Origin: Phoronis australis
Lineage: Eukaryota; Animalia; Phoronida
Length of the DNA: 64,000 nt
Assembly: GCA_002633005.1 (NCBI GenBank)
Contig: NMRA01000343.1
Coordinates: forward strand, 427,820 to 491,819
Reading direction: 5' to 3'
Positions within the stretch are counted from its first letter, which is position 1. Each line of letters begins with the position of its first letter. The position numbers and the translations under genes were made by a program. Positions 26,267 through 37,996 of this stretch are shown here, piece by piece. The notes beneath the pieces are model-generated. The model was given only the letters and a program-made list of their open reading frames with translations, searched no databases and had not been told where the DNA came from.

Positions 26267-28060
26267 TTTTTTTTTTTTTTATTCTCCCAGTTCAACATAA
26301 GTAAGGACAAAGGTCTGGGATTCCCTTGCCTTACTTTACAATTCAATGAAAATAAAGTTTACTAAGTTAAAAATATACGTGAACCGGATTTTGAAATAGA
26401 TTTAACCAAAGAAAACAAAAACATACAAGACAATATAGTAGTATATGGCTCTGAAAAAAAAAGAGGGGGGAGAGTATTTTGGAATGATAAAATATCCTTA
26501 CATTGCTATCAAATTATGCATTTGTGACCACCTGTTTGTAAATTTTTCCATTTGTAAATTTTTTGAATAAATATGTTTTTCACTAGAGTAATAACTGTTA
26601 ATTTCTTTCGTTAATACAATTAAATTTGGAGGTTTACCCTTGAGACGTTGCTTATATAAATGGAACTTGCTGAGACACAAGATTAAATTTTGAATTGGCT
26701 GGCTTCTACATCTGTTTCCAAAGAAAACTGTAAGCACATTTGTACCAAGGGAAATATTAGTTTTGTTTCTAACCCAACCTTCAACATTGTTCCAAAAATT
26801 TTGAACAACATCACATTGCCAGTATAAGTGAAGCAAAGTCTCAGGTTCANNNNNNNNNNNNNNNNNNNNNNNNNNNNNNNNNNNNNNNNNNNNNNNNNNN
26901 NNNNNNNNNNNNNNNNNNNNNNNNNNNNNNNNNNNNNNNNNNNNNNNNNNNNNNNNNNNNNNNNNNNNNNNNNNNNNNNNNNNNNNNNNNNNNNNNNNNN
27001 NNNNNNNNNNNNNNNNNNNNNNNNNNNNNNNNNNNNNNNNNNNNNNNNNNNNNNNNNNNNNNNNNNNNNNNNNNNNNNNNNNNNNNNNNNNNNNNNNNNN
27101 NNNNNNNNNNNNNNNNNNNNNNNNNNNNNNNNNNNNNNNNNNNNNNNNNNNNNNNNNNNNNNNNNNNNNNNNNNNNNNNNNNNNNNNNNNNNNNNNNNNN
27201 NNNNNNNNNNNNNNNNNNNNNNNNNNNNNNNNNNNNNNNNNNNNNNNNNNNNNNNNNNNNNNNNNNNNNNNNNNNNNNNNNNNNNNNNNNNNNNNNNNNN
27301 NNNNNNNNNNNNNNNNNNNNNNNNNNNNNNNNNNNNNNNNNNNNNNNNNNNNNNNNNNNNNNNNNNNNNNNNNNNNNNNNNNNNNNNNNNNNNNNNNNNN
27401 NNNNNNNNNNNNNNNNNNNNNNNNNNNNNNNNNNNNNNNNNNNNNNNNNNNNNNNNNNNNNNNNNNNNNNNNNNNNNNNNNNNNNNNNNNNNNNNNNNNN
27501 NNNNNNNNNNNNNNNNNNNNNNNNNNNNNNNNNNNNNNNNNNNNNNNNNNNNNNNNNNNNNNNNNNNNNNNNNNNNNNNNNNNNNNNNNNNNNNNNNNNN
27601 NNNNNNNNNNNNNNNNNNNNNNNNNNNNNNNNNNNNNNNNNNNNNNNNNNNNNNNNNNNNNNNNNNNNNNNNNNNNNNNNNNNNNNNNTTAAGTTTCTTT
27701 TTGACCATCTCATAATTTCTTTTTTAATATCAACCAACTTGCGATCAAAATTTAAAATACTCATTTCCTGGATGTCAGTAGAAAAAACAATCCCGAGCAT
27801 ACTAAACTGTGAGGTAGACCATTTTAAGTCCTTTTCAGAACATACCCCTGAATTACTTTGCCTCATAGAACCTATCCAAACACAAGTTGTTTTTTCTAAG
27901 TTAGGAGTTAGACCTGAATACTTTGAGAACTGGTCAAGCAGATCAAGAGAGTTTTTTAATGATCTTTCGGAACCATCAAGTATGATAGCAGTGTCATCTG
28001 CATATTGAACTAGTTTAAATTCTTGAGCTCCAATTTGTATACCTTTTATATATATTTTTT
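26267..28060 (-). mobile_element. 5'-truncated L1/Tx1-clade LINE spanning the gap
   Basis: QYADDTAIILDGS...FSKYSGLTPNLEKT..VWIG...WSKRNL on the right of the gap. ETLLHLYWQC...FW zinc-finger tail on the left, stop at 26498. A14 tail at 26267-26280. Frames are open, so it is young. Confidence 0.9.
26850..27688. other. Assembly gap (839 N)
   Basis: Run of N. Confidence 1.
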
Positions 28061-28750
28061 TTGTGCCGAGAGATAAAAATGCGCAAGACCAGTTGATGTG
28101 AGAAGAGGGTCAGTATTTGTTAGTATTTGGCACGCCGAAATACACTAATTTTACCATGGCGGTGAGAATAGCAAAAGAATATTGTACGGTTAGAAACGGA
28201 GCTAGTAACAGGAAAGTCGTTAGGAAGCAAATTACATTTACTTAGAAACGAGTTTCGTACTTAGTTCACATGTTAAAGAGGCATCGAACGCGAAAGCTAG
28301 TCAAAAATAACTATTAAGCGATGCCTGACTAACATACCATCACGCAACGTCTGGTACAGAGTTATTCACTTTCCCCTGTGAGGAAACTTCCAGAATATTC
28401 ACAAAATTAACGATTTTAAAATTACGAATGAAGGAAAATCGATAATGTGGCGAGCTGTTAACATATCCGATTCGTTTTTCTGAAATTTGAAACTTTGGCT
28501 GTTATCAACGGAAATTAAAAATCTTTTCGAACAAACCCTCGAAATACCTGGTGTGCAGGTTGCATTCTGTTTCAGAGGCAGAGTAGTCTATTTATCGCGC
28601 TCCAGGCCTCTTTGATACAATTCTTATTTATACTTTCTTGACAGTTAATTTCAATATCAAGCATTTGGTGGTCAGGAAAAGTTAAAATCCAGGAGCCCTG
28701 AAGACCGCAAATAAACGTCTTGCAATAATTATGAGGTTACCCAACGTCAT

Positions 28751-29003
28751 TTATACATGTACACATTTGGTCAAGTTATAATTGACAAATATTGGATTTA
28801 TCGGATTTTTGGCTAAACATTTTATAGACTCCAAATCGCATTTGCATAATGCGACGCGACATTCAATGGGATTATAGGACAAGTACCACGGTAGCCACCA
28901 GTTCATCGGATAGTTCTTCTTTTCCTCGCCACCGAGGACGTTTGGATCTCTGTTTTTTGTAGTTAAGAGTGTCTGATCCTTCGGTGAAACATGAACCAGA
29001 CCA
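28751..29003 (-). pseudogene. PLA2 terminal exon, copy C (C-terminus intact, acceptor phase mismatch)
   Basis: ...NYPMNWWLPWYLSYNPIECRVALCKCDLESIKCLAKNPINPIFVNYNLTKCVHV* is colinear with copy A. Direct splicing from 29407 to 29003 gives MVWFMFHRRIRHS* out of frame. Confidence 0.55.
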
Positions 29004-29406
29004 CTGCACAAGAAACGATTTTTATCAAGCTAGTGACATTGCCGGCGATCGTATCGCGTGTGCTAGCTAGCCAGCAAACTGTATGAAGACTATTGTCAAA
29101 ATATCCAGCTTTGCACCAAGGCTACGTGTGTGCTAGCCTTCATGTATCCAGTAAAAAAGCTTTTAAAGAAATATATCGTGTTTTTTCTAATCTAAAATTT
29201 GTCCCATAATTCTGTGGTTGCCTCCATGCTGCCAGAAAGAGTCGTGTTTTAAATAGATATACCGTGTTTATAGAGTTATTCCTGTCTAAAGCGTGTCCAT
29301 AATTTCGACTGAAACACTCTGTATTATTCAACTATTCAGAAACCACATTGCTACCAACCCTTTCAACAGAAGATCCCCGAATTAGGAAGTCAAGAGGTCA
29401 ACTTAC

Positions 29407-29540
29407 TGCACGCTGTCAACTTATTCTTGTACTCAGTGTAGAGGTATTTTGTGAAATATAATGGAGTCGCATCGTCCTTGGCCCCACATTTCTCCATCGC
29501 TTGTATTTTATCGTAACATTTGTCATGGTTGTAGCAACAC
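29407..29540 (-). CDS. Secreted phospholipase A2 catalytic exon, copy C
   Basis: Same as 26068-26201 with one S to Y change (YTEYKNK). Intact AG and GT sites. Confidence 0.85.
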
Positions 29541-29599
29541 CTGAAACGTGCGTGAAAGTAGAGTAAATCTAGAACCATCTCCATGATAGCAAGTAACAG

Positions 29600-30169
29600 C
29601 ATATGTTCACGAAAACAACAACGGATTTAAAACTTGACATGTTTCGATGTCATTTATTAAACACCATCCTCAGAAGTCATAATACAGTGGCCAACTAGCT
29701 AGGCCCAGCAACAAGTAATGAAGCACAGATACAGTCAGTTACAGGGAGTGACAATGAACTATACCAACAATGACAACCTGTGGTGTGTCAGTTGCCTATT
29801 GAGATTGGGCTTGCACCAACTGATATGTAAAGCCTCACGAATTTCTATGGGTCTACGGTCCAAGGTAGTATACAAATTTATCTGTGCTGGATGTGGCTCC
29901 AGTTATATAGGCGAAACTGTTCGCCATTTAAAAACCAGGACCAAGGAACATCTAAATTCTGACAGTAATTCACATGTAAATATTCACCTGCAGAGCTCCA
30001 ATCATTGTTATCAGCAGTGCTCTTTCAATGACTTTGCAATAATAGACCAGGCAGTAACAACAAAGGAGCTTAAAATTCGTGAGGCTTTACATATCAGTTG
30101 GTGCAAGCCCAATCTCAATAGGCAACTGACACACCACAGGTTGTCATTGTTGGTATAGTTCATTGTCAC
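29600..30169 (+). mobile_element. Truncated Penelope-like element: GIY-YIG endonuclease 3' end with 5' inverted pLTR
   Basis: 29845-30158 encodes VVYKFICAGCGSSYIGETVRHLKTRTKEH...LKIREALHISWCKPNLN. 29748-29844 is the reverse complement of 30073-30169 (97 nt). Left boundary approximate. Confidence 0.9.
29631..29678 (-). ncRNA. Minimal type I hammerhead ribozyme in an inverted Penelope pLTR
   Basis: Minus strand reads GACTT-CTGAGGA-T-GGTGTT-TAATAAAT-GACATC-GAAA-CATG-TC-AAGTT. Stem I 5 bp, full core, 6-bp stem II, palindromic ACATGT stem III, GUC cleavage triplet. Confidence 0.8.
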
Positions 30170-30302
30170 AAAAAATTGTTAAGAACCGATTGCACAAAAT
30201 ATAAAACGTGTAATAAGCATTACAAAAAGAAGTAGGTTTCGCGCGCAAACGCTGTGGACCACAAACAAGTAAGTCTCTCAGCACAGGATTAGTACTTAAA
30301 TC

Positions 30303-30367
30303 GTGGTGGTGTAGTGGTAAAGCACGCGCGTTCTATCCACGAGGTCGTGATTTCGAGTCTGTGGTGC
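30303..30367 (+). mobile_element. tRNA-derived SINE head or tRNA pseudogene
   Basis: A-box tggtgtagtggtaa and degenerate B-box gatttcgagtct at tRNA-like spacing. No complete cloverleaf. Confidence 0.45.
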
Positions 30368-32607
30368 TTGCGGTTCTTCCTGTTTGACACGTTCTCCTTG
30401 TTTTTTATGCCATTTTTTCTTGGATAATACTTCAGGAATCAAGGAAAATGCTTCATTTTAGAGGAAAAAACAGAAAAATTTCCCCCCATTCGGTGCTATA
30501 CGCATCTACAATCGTGGTTTGCGCAAATGCTTACAGCCGGACAAAATGTTGGGCTCCCCTTGTGATATCCTAGATCCGCCACTGTCTTTTGACTTCAACG
30601 CGTAAAGCAAACAAGATCTTTTCTGGAGTTAGCAATTGCCTCTTACTAAAGGATCACGTTCCATTGACGTGATTCGTTCTATATTCTGGTCTGATGAAAA
30701 CAAGTCTAGCGTACATACGGACCGGTGTATCTAGCATATTACATTTTCTGCCGTACTCTTATTTGAAAACAATCTGCAGGACATGGAAGTCATACTGTAA
30801 CAATCGCTGCTGCCAGTGCAGCGAGGTGTAGTGTTTCCAGTTTGCAAAATTCCCGAAGGTCATGCGGACTTTAATAGAATTGATATGCTTATTGCAGCAA
30901 CAAGCAGAGGAAATGAAACGCAGAGGTTGCCGCTGACTGTGGCAATGATTTAGGACGACTCCTGGTTTTATCAGGTTGGGTTTTACATCACGTGCTTGGC
31001 AGTGAACCAGCAAACACGATTCAGAATGGAGAAATTTACAGTTGAAAGTGTAGGGCATTTCTGACTCTGGATTCTCGAAGAATTAACCCCGCTCTTGCGC
31101 ACTGGTGTTTCCATGAGCGGAAATAAAGTCCAGAGGAAGAGGTTCCCATGTTACCTGTTGCCAGAAGCACTGGGTTGGAGAAGTTTTCTCGATGGTGAAC
31201 AGGCCTAAGAGTGAGAACGTTTATGAAATAGAAGACTTCTAGAGGGAGAGACTGTCGTTTCATGAAATTTGCTGACAGAAAGAAGAAAGTAAGAAAGGCG
31301 TAATGACGGCTTTGGAAGGACTTCACAGTATGCGCATCATAGCAATTAAACAATAACCTCGTTGCTTGGTACCAATACACATGTAGATTAAGTTCTCTTG
31401 TATGTTCTATGTCCTTCCAAGTTCTACAACTTGCAAAAATATGTGGAACGATACAATACATGTAGAAAGTGATACGTGTGCCAGTTGTCGGGAATGTTGC
31501 CCTTTGAAAATTATCTGTGTTTCCAAAGATACCTCTTTGAGAGAACTTACAGAGGCATGAAGAGATGTTGCAATAGTTGCTCATAAAAAGGACCTAGATA
31601 GAAGAAAGGTAATAGATACCAAATCTGACAGCACACTGAGCGCGTTACGTCGAGTGACCGACAGATTATGTAGTTGTGGATTTGGGCTAATTAGCACCGT
31701 CGATATACGTGAACTGCCGGCATACAGTAGCGATGATGGCTGGGTATATCGATCTACTTCCACTGACATAGTGAATTTCTGACGATAACAAGTTCTGATA
31801 AAGGTTCTTTTCGTCATGATTTACAAGTCAAATCTAATTCCACTGTGAAGTTTTATTAAAAAAAACAGTTCTTACACCGTCGAAAACGTTTACCCTTAAT
31901 CTCGTTTAATGGGAAATTGGGTAATGAACAGTTTTGCTTAGGACAGTGATAGTCCAGTTACTGTAGCGTGGTGGAATGCAAGCTCACGAGTCTCACATAA
32001 TTTCACGAGAGTCTTGCATAGTTCTAAGGGATGCAAAAAGTCGAGGTAGACGAGCATTTGTGGAAGGATGACCAACATTGTAGTTGTACCTCGGTACATC
32101 ATGATGCACGAGGCTATAATTTTAGGTAGCAATGAACTTGATGTGTAAAGAAAACCCGGGCGAATATACCTGTAATAATACATTATATATCGCGTAACAC
32201 GTCAGCCATCGTAAGTAATCACGTTTTCTTGGTCCCGATTACACGCCCATTCATTTACAGTTAAAAGATGCCGGTTAACTCGCCATTTTTGCTGAACTTG
32301 TCGCTGTCCTGAGAGTTTTCGCGCAAGTCATCATCATTCGCGACATGTATGATGGGGACAGCTACTGAGTTCTTGCAAAGTAGAGCTCGTTGAAACAAGA
32401 AATAGTGTAAAACACCCTCAATCAAAGTCAGACTTAACTGCAGTAAAAATGTGTTTATCGATTCAAATCTTCTCAAACGCTGACCTCAATGAATTCCCCA
32501 CTACAGATACATGGAATGGTTTTGCACATAGGTGCATGCTGAGGCAGACACATTTCCATTTTTGTACTGTGTGTATTACTGCCAGTTCAGAAAAAAACAC
32601 TACAATC

Positions 32608-32807
32608 CATGGGCGGCGCACCATGGGGGACTGGGGGCTATAACCCCCTACTTATTTCAGTGCTGAGCTCCCCATTAATAAGAGGTTGTGGGGAGCTATA
32701 GCTCCACTTCTCTCAGTGCTGCGCCGCCGATTGTAGCATGGGTGGCGCAGCACTGAAAGAAGTGGGGGCTATAGTCCCCCAGCCTCTTATTGGCTGCACC
32801 GCCCATG
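32608..32807. mobile_element. hAT-type MITE with 8-bp target-site duplication
   Basis: TIR catgggcggcgca...tgcaccgcccatg. TSD ctacaatc at 32600-32607 and 32808-32815. Confidence 0.8.
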
Positions 32808-33078
32808 CTACAATCACCAATTCGTTTATCATACTCACTTAGACTATTAGAAAGCATAAATAAAATGATTACTTTCGTTAAACAGTTTGACTTACGATCT
32901 TGACTCATAATTGTATTTTCGGTTCATATCAACCCTTATATTTTCAGATGACGGCCGTGTATATACATGTAGCTATTTCAGCTACCTTGGGGAAAACAAT
33001 TTTGTTGCAACATTCGTAAATTTTTTGCTTGGGATTCGCTGAATCAAAACATAGAATAGAATGAGGATTAAAGTAAAG

Positions 33079-36000
33079 TTTTTCTATGCACCCACATACT
33101 TATATGTGGACACATATGCCGTCATCTGTATCCGTCCGTCCGTTCGTCCGTCCGTCTGGCGTCTGGTGTCCAGAGTCCGGCATCCGTTGCGCTATCTCTA
33201 AAACAATTTGACGTACGTTCATGAAATTTTGTGCATATGTTTCTTTTATAGATGGTAGTTTTTCAGGTTTACTTATCTATCTTCAAAGGTCTTCAACATA
33301 TTTTCATAAAATTTAGCATATAGGCATCTGTTAGTGAGATGACATTATCCTCCCGTTTTCGGATGGATTCGACCTAGTTTGCGCCACCTAGTAGCCATTT
33401 TTGCTGTTCTCAAGTCTGTTTTTGGCGTCCATCCCTTTATCAACCAAACTGCTCTAAGGATCATTGTGAAAATTGGCATGAATGTTCTTGCTACAAAGAG
33501 GATGGCTGATGATGATTTTCCGACGACTTCTACTATTGTGGCATTTTTGCGCCCATGGCTTTATCTCCTAACTTTCGGACGGATCTGACTACCGGTGTGC
33601 CCCCTAGTTGCAATTTTAGTTTTTTAGGTTTACCTCTGTATCTTCAAAAATTCTCATCGGATTTTCAGAAAATTTGAAATATAGACATCTATTGGTGAGA
33701 TAATACTATCCGAGACCGTAGAGAGGGATACATTTCACCTAGCGAAATCCTATTGGACGGCCACTGGCGGCCATTGTTGTTTTATGGACCGTAGAGACGT
33801 CTAGCGGGTGTGTGTGCGATAAAAGGAATATGGCTGATACTCGTGGTCAGTGGTCACAGAGACAAGATATTTTATCTGAAAATGTAGTTCATATAGATTT
33901 TCCATAGTTAATACTTCTGAGGGTAGTGCTGTGTCAAGTAACTTCAAAACAAGATATGGCGGCTGCAGTTCCTAAAAAGAGGATCAGAGGAGCTTTTCTC
34001 CCCAATGATAAAGACAGGTGAGATATACTAGTGATACAAAGAATTCTTTTTGAGAAAATGCTGCCAGTAAACCATTGATGTTGGCAGAGTTATTTGAACT
34101 TGTCTTACCTTTAAGTTTCAAGGTTTTATTTGATTACTCAAAGCAAAATTGTGGTAATCAGATACATGGCCGGGATGATGGGTACTTGATTTTAGAGCCA
34201 GTTACTCCCAATGAATTTCGGTGGTAGTAACTGGCTCTCAAATGAATTTTGAGTGAGGGACCCACCTATCAAACTATAACCAAAATTGTAAAGCAAGGTT
34301 TCATGATTTAGGGCCTACTGATAACTTGTGTTTCTATTCTATCATTGGATCTAAACTTCTTTCATTTCTTCAATTCACTTCAGTGTTTATACATTCAGAT
34401 CCAAGAGATAGGTGATAAACAGCAAATGTGAAGACCTGCTAAGGAGAAATGCTGTGATGTTAACTTAGTCCAGTAGACTAGTATGGGTTTAGGTCTTTAC
34501 TGTGATGGGCCTTCATTGTACTTTGAAGGACCTATAGTCCGAAGGGTCATTACTTGAAAAATATATCAATCAGACGTTATTCCAAAACAACATTACTCCG
34601 AAGGGTAATTAATTAGCTGCGTTAATGGGAAAGAGTGAGTGACGCTGCATAGACAATATTGCTGATGCCACATATTTTTCCTGCATGTTTTATTTGTTAT
34701 AATGTAAATGATACTTTTCCAGCCAATAGATCAAAGCTACGCCACGAGTGAGCCCATTGAAATACCCCCATCTGCTGAGCCCCGTACAGTGCTGCTTTAG
34801 TAAAGCTCTTAGGTGAGGTAATAGGACATAATTGATAATAACCACAATTTCATCCTCCATGACTGATGGTTTTGTTATTCCTATTGTATTGCTACTTGAA
34901 GCTAACCTCTCTACTTACTATAGTTATAAAAAGCGGACTATGCTGTTATATCTATTGTATCGCAAGCTGAAACTAACCTCTCTACTTACTATAGTTATAA
35001 GACTCTGTTGTTTTTGATTTCATGACTTGTATGTATAGTTTTATTGATCTGAAATGGTATTTAAAGTATTTGTTTGGTTTACACACTTGGTATTTTTAAA
35101 TCCCTTTCATTAAAAAATATGCTGAAAATCAAAGGATGAGTCTTGATTCTAGCTTTTTGTTAAAAATGTGGGTGTGGACAAGTACACAGTTGTAGGCAGT
35201 TAAAATTTGTAGATACCTTAAATGTATTTTTGTATTCATTCATTTCAGAGAGTCGTTGACTTGCATGAGAAAGTAAGTCAAGCGGGTATGCCGAAAAGAC
35301 TGCACCCAGCGGTCCCTATTGTGCCTGTGACTGTAGAGGGAATTGTCAGTAGTGCTGTAGTATTAGGCATGGCACCAGTAACTGCAGCATCTTTGGTGCT
35401 ATCATCAGAAACCATAGATAAGGAGACAGTCCACCAGCGAAATCCCATCGAACGGCCACTGGCAGACATTGTTGTTTCATGGACCGTAGAGACGTCTAGC
35501 GAGTGTGCTTGCAATAAACAAATGTGGCAAGATATCACGGCTCCCGTCAGTAAAAAAAGCAATGGTGCTTTTTGCACTGCCTACTGCTGCAGCAACAGTT
35601 AATTGAAAATTCGTGACTTATGCTTTTTTTGCTTCCACAATAATTAAGCTAGGTGATGTTCTTGATTGAAACAGAGGATATTTCTGCGTGAAACTGTTGC
35701 CAGTCATTCAGTGATGGACTGGGTGATTTGAACTTAATGTCTTTACTGTTTCCTGCATTTGATTGCTGATATAGAAAATTATCATAAATTGTTTGCATGA
35801 TTTTGGGAACTACTGATTAGTTTATTATATGCCCATTGATGCTTCTAATTACTTTTTTCATTTCATTCTGCAGTCTTAATACATTCGCATCTAAAAGATA
35901 ATTATAATAACTATTATTCACTAATTTTATTGTTGTTTTTATCATATATTTGTTTTTATATCTATTCTTAATTATTTATTATTATTATTATTATTTATTT

Positions 36001-37996
36001 TTGTTTATTTGCTATTACTTATTTAAATTATTTCTTGTGACGCCATACAGTCAACATCCTGGCTGCCGTTGATCAATAATCTGTATAATATGATCATGAT
36101 ATGGACTTCAGTGCATAATAAATATTACTTTTATGGTTTGGTAACCTACTTGATTACTTGCCATAGGAAGTGGTGAAGGAAGTGTTTTTTTAAAGGCACA
36201 TTGAGCCATATATCTCTGAGCACTTCGGTAGTATGTGAAGTACCTTGGAAACTTGTTACACCCCAGTGACGATGTCGTTTGTTTAGATTTTTGTTTTGAC
36301 ATGGGTCTTAAACCATCAAATCAGGAAATAAGGCGTCGTTATGTTATTTACTTTGAAGTTGGCCTGCCGACGGAGGCTTATTATGCCTTTAACTAACTTG
36401 ATTTAAAAATGCAAATGATTTACGAGAGCTGGAAACGTCATAAGTCAAAAAAGGAGCTCATAATGAAGATAAAATGATAGAAAAACATAAAAACTGTGAG
36501 CAAAGAACATAAAAATGCCTAAAAGATTTACCAACTCAGTTGAGTACAGTCGGATCTACGGTGGGGGGGTGGGGTTCAAAGGGGTCTGGATCCCCCATTT
36601 TCCTTGATTGTAGTGATATCAATGCTAGAATTTTTAAATTGTTGAGTTGGGCCACCTTTCTTAAAAAAATCATTATCCGACCCCACCCTTTAAAAATCCT
36701 GGATATGACCCTATTGGTTCGATATTTGGGACAGTTTCATGTAAATGGGCAGACACAACTGCTTGAATATAGAACGTCTTTAAGATGTGAATTTTCGAAA
36801 GAAAGATCTACTATTTTTTCCATTTTATTTTAAAACAAAGTTTGTGTGTTGAAAGCATGCATAATTAATTGTTAATTAATTGATATTGACACCTGCAATA
36901 TTGGGGGAAGAAAGCTATCTCTTCCCGCAACCTTTCAATTGGTTTGAGGGGCACCCCCTCTCCTATCTCTTCTTCAGCAGATCCATTTGATGTTTAGTAC
37001 ATTCCTAACGCCCCGGACAAAATCCTACAAGTTCAGTACCTGCCCATTCTCCAATAACCTACTTTCATCTGCTCAGCTCTTATTACTAAGTCTCCCTCTT
37101 GGTTATGATGTATTTCTCGTAATTTATATTACCTTTGCTGCCCAATTTTTTTCTTGCTTTACTCTATATTTTGCCTATGTGTATTTCTCCAGTACAGTGC
37201 TCGTGTTTTTTGTTTTCAATATTTTAAACAATAACAATTCACTGACAATGTTGAATTTGACAAACTGAGATCGGTCATAGTCAATGTCTTGCGTACTTCG
37301 TCGGCTCACACACACCTGTTAGGTGTCGCCACGGTCCATGACAAAATAATGGCGGCGGCCATGGTGAATAGTCTTGTTAGTGTCTTTGATGCTATCCTCC
37401 CGTTTCCGGATGGAATTGAGGTACTTTGCGCCACCTACTGGCCATTTTTACTGCTTTTACGTTTTCACGTCTGTTTTTGACGTTCACCGTTCGATCAAGC
37501 AAACCTTTCTAATGATGATTTTGAAAATTGGCGTGTATGCTCTCAGTGTGAAGAGGACGGTTGACAATGACGGATTCAACTACTGTGGTGCCTCCTAGTG
37601 GTGGTTTTGTTTTGTTTTGTTTTGTTTTGTTTTGCGCCCATAGCTGCATCTCCTATACCCACTGCAGGATCTTCATTAAATTTAGTAATTGTATTCATAT
37701 GAAGCTAACAACAGAGGACGACGCCTTTCAGATAGCTCCAAAGAACGCTGTGCCCCATTGTGACAATTTCATTTTTATTTCGTTTTCCTTCGTTTCTTTG
37801 AAGTTCCTTGACAGGTTTTTATGAAATTTTGTAGATAGCCTTTTATTACAAAAGCGATGGCACGTGCCGTTTTCAGATGGATTGGATCCTTTTGCGTCAT
37901 CAAGTGGCCATTTTTATGAAACAAATAAAAAACACTGTAACCACACCGTTTGCGGTGCAATCGTGGGCGCATTTCAATGTTCTGCGTTGCTCTTGT
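33079..37996 (+). mobile_element. Helentron-associated non-autonomous element (HINE/DINE-like), split by a P-like insertion
   Basis: 5' ttttt.tatgcacccac, (CGTC)n tract, internal cctagtggc subrepeats, 3' gtgggcgcat...ctcttgt. Halves at 33079-33710 and 37389-37996. Confidence 0.75.
33711..37388 (+). mobile_element. Degraded P-superfamily/THAP DNA transposon (composite)
   Basis: 8-bp TSD atactatc/atgctatc. Subterminal inverted repeats (gccatt.tt...atggaccgt.g.gac..cta...ggtgtgtgtg). Two THAP remnants: MAAAVPKKRIRGAF..PNDKDR| plus SKR*VINSKCEDLL at 33957-34460, and KKSNGAFCTAYCCSNS*...LCFFCF at 35553-35650. Left end repeated at ~35410. Confidence 0.65.

Noticed and set aside
26683-27866. Three ~300-aa ORFs
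   Set aside because: Artefacts of translating the N gap. The real flanks are L1/Tx1 ORF2.
29718-29844. N-terminal extension of the GIY-YIG ORF
   Set aside because: It is the antisense read of the inverted pLTR, not coding.
35222-35602. 126-aa ORF as a host gene
   Set aside because: It runs across the duplicated transposon terminus into the THAP remnant and has no independent coding signature.
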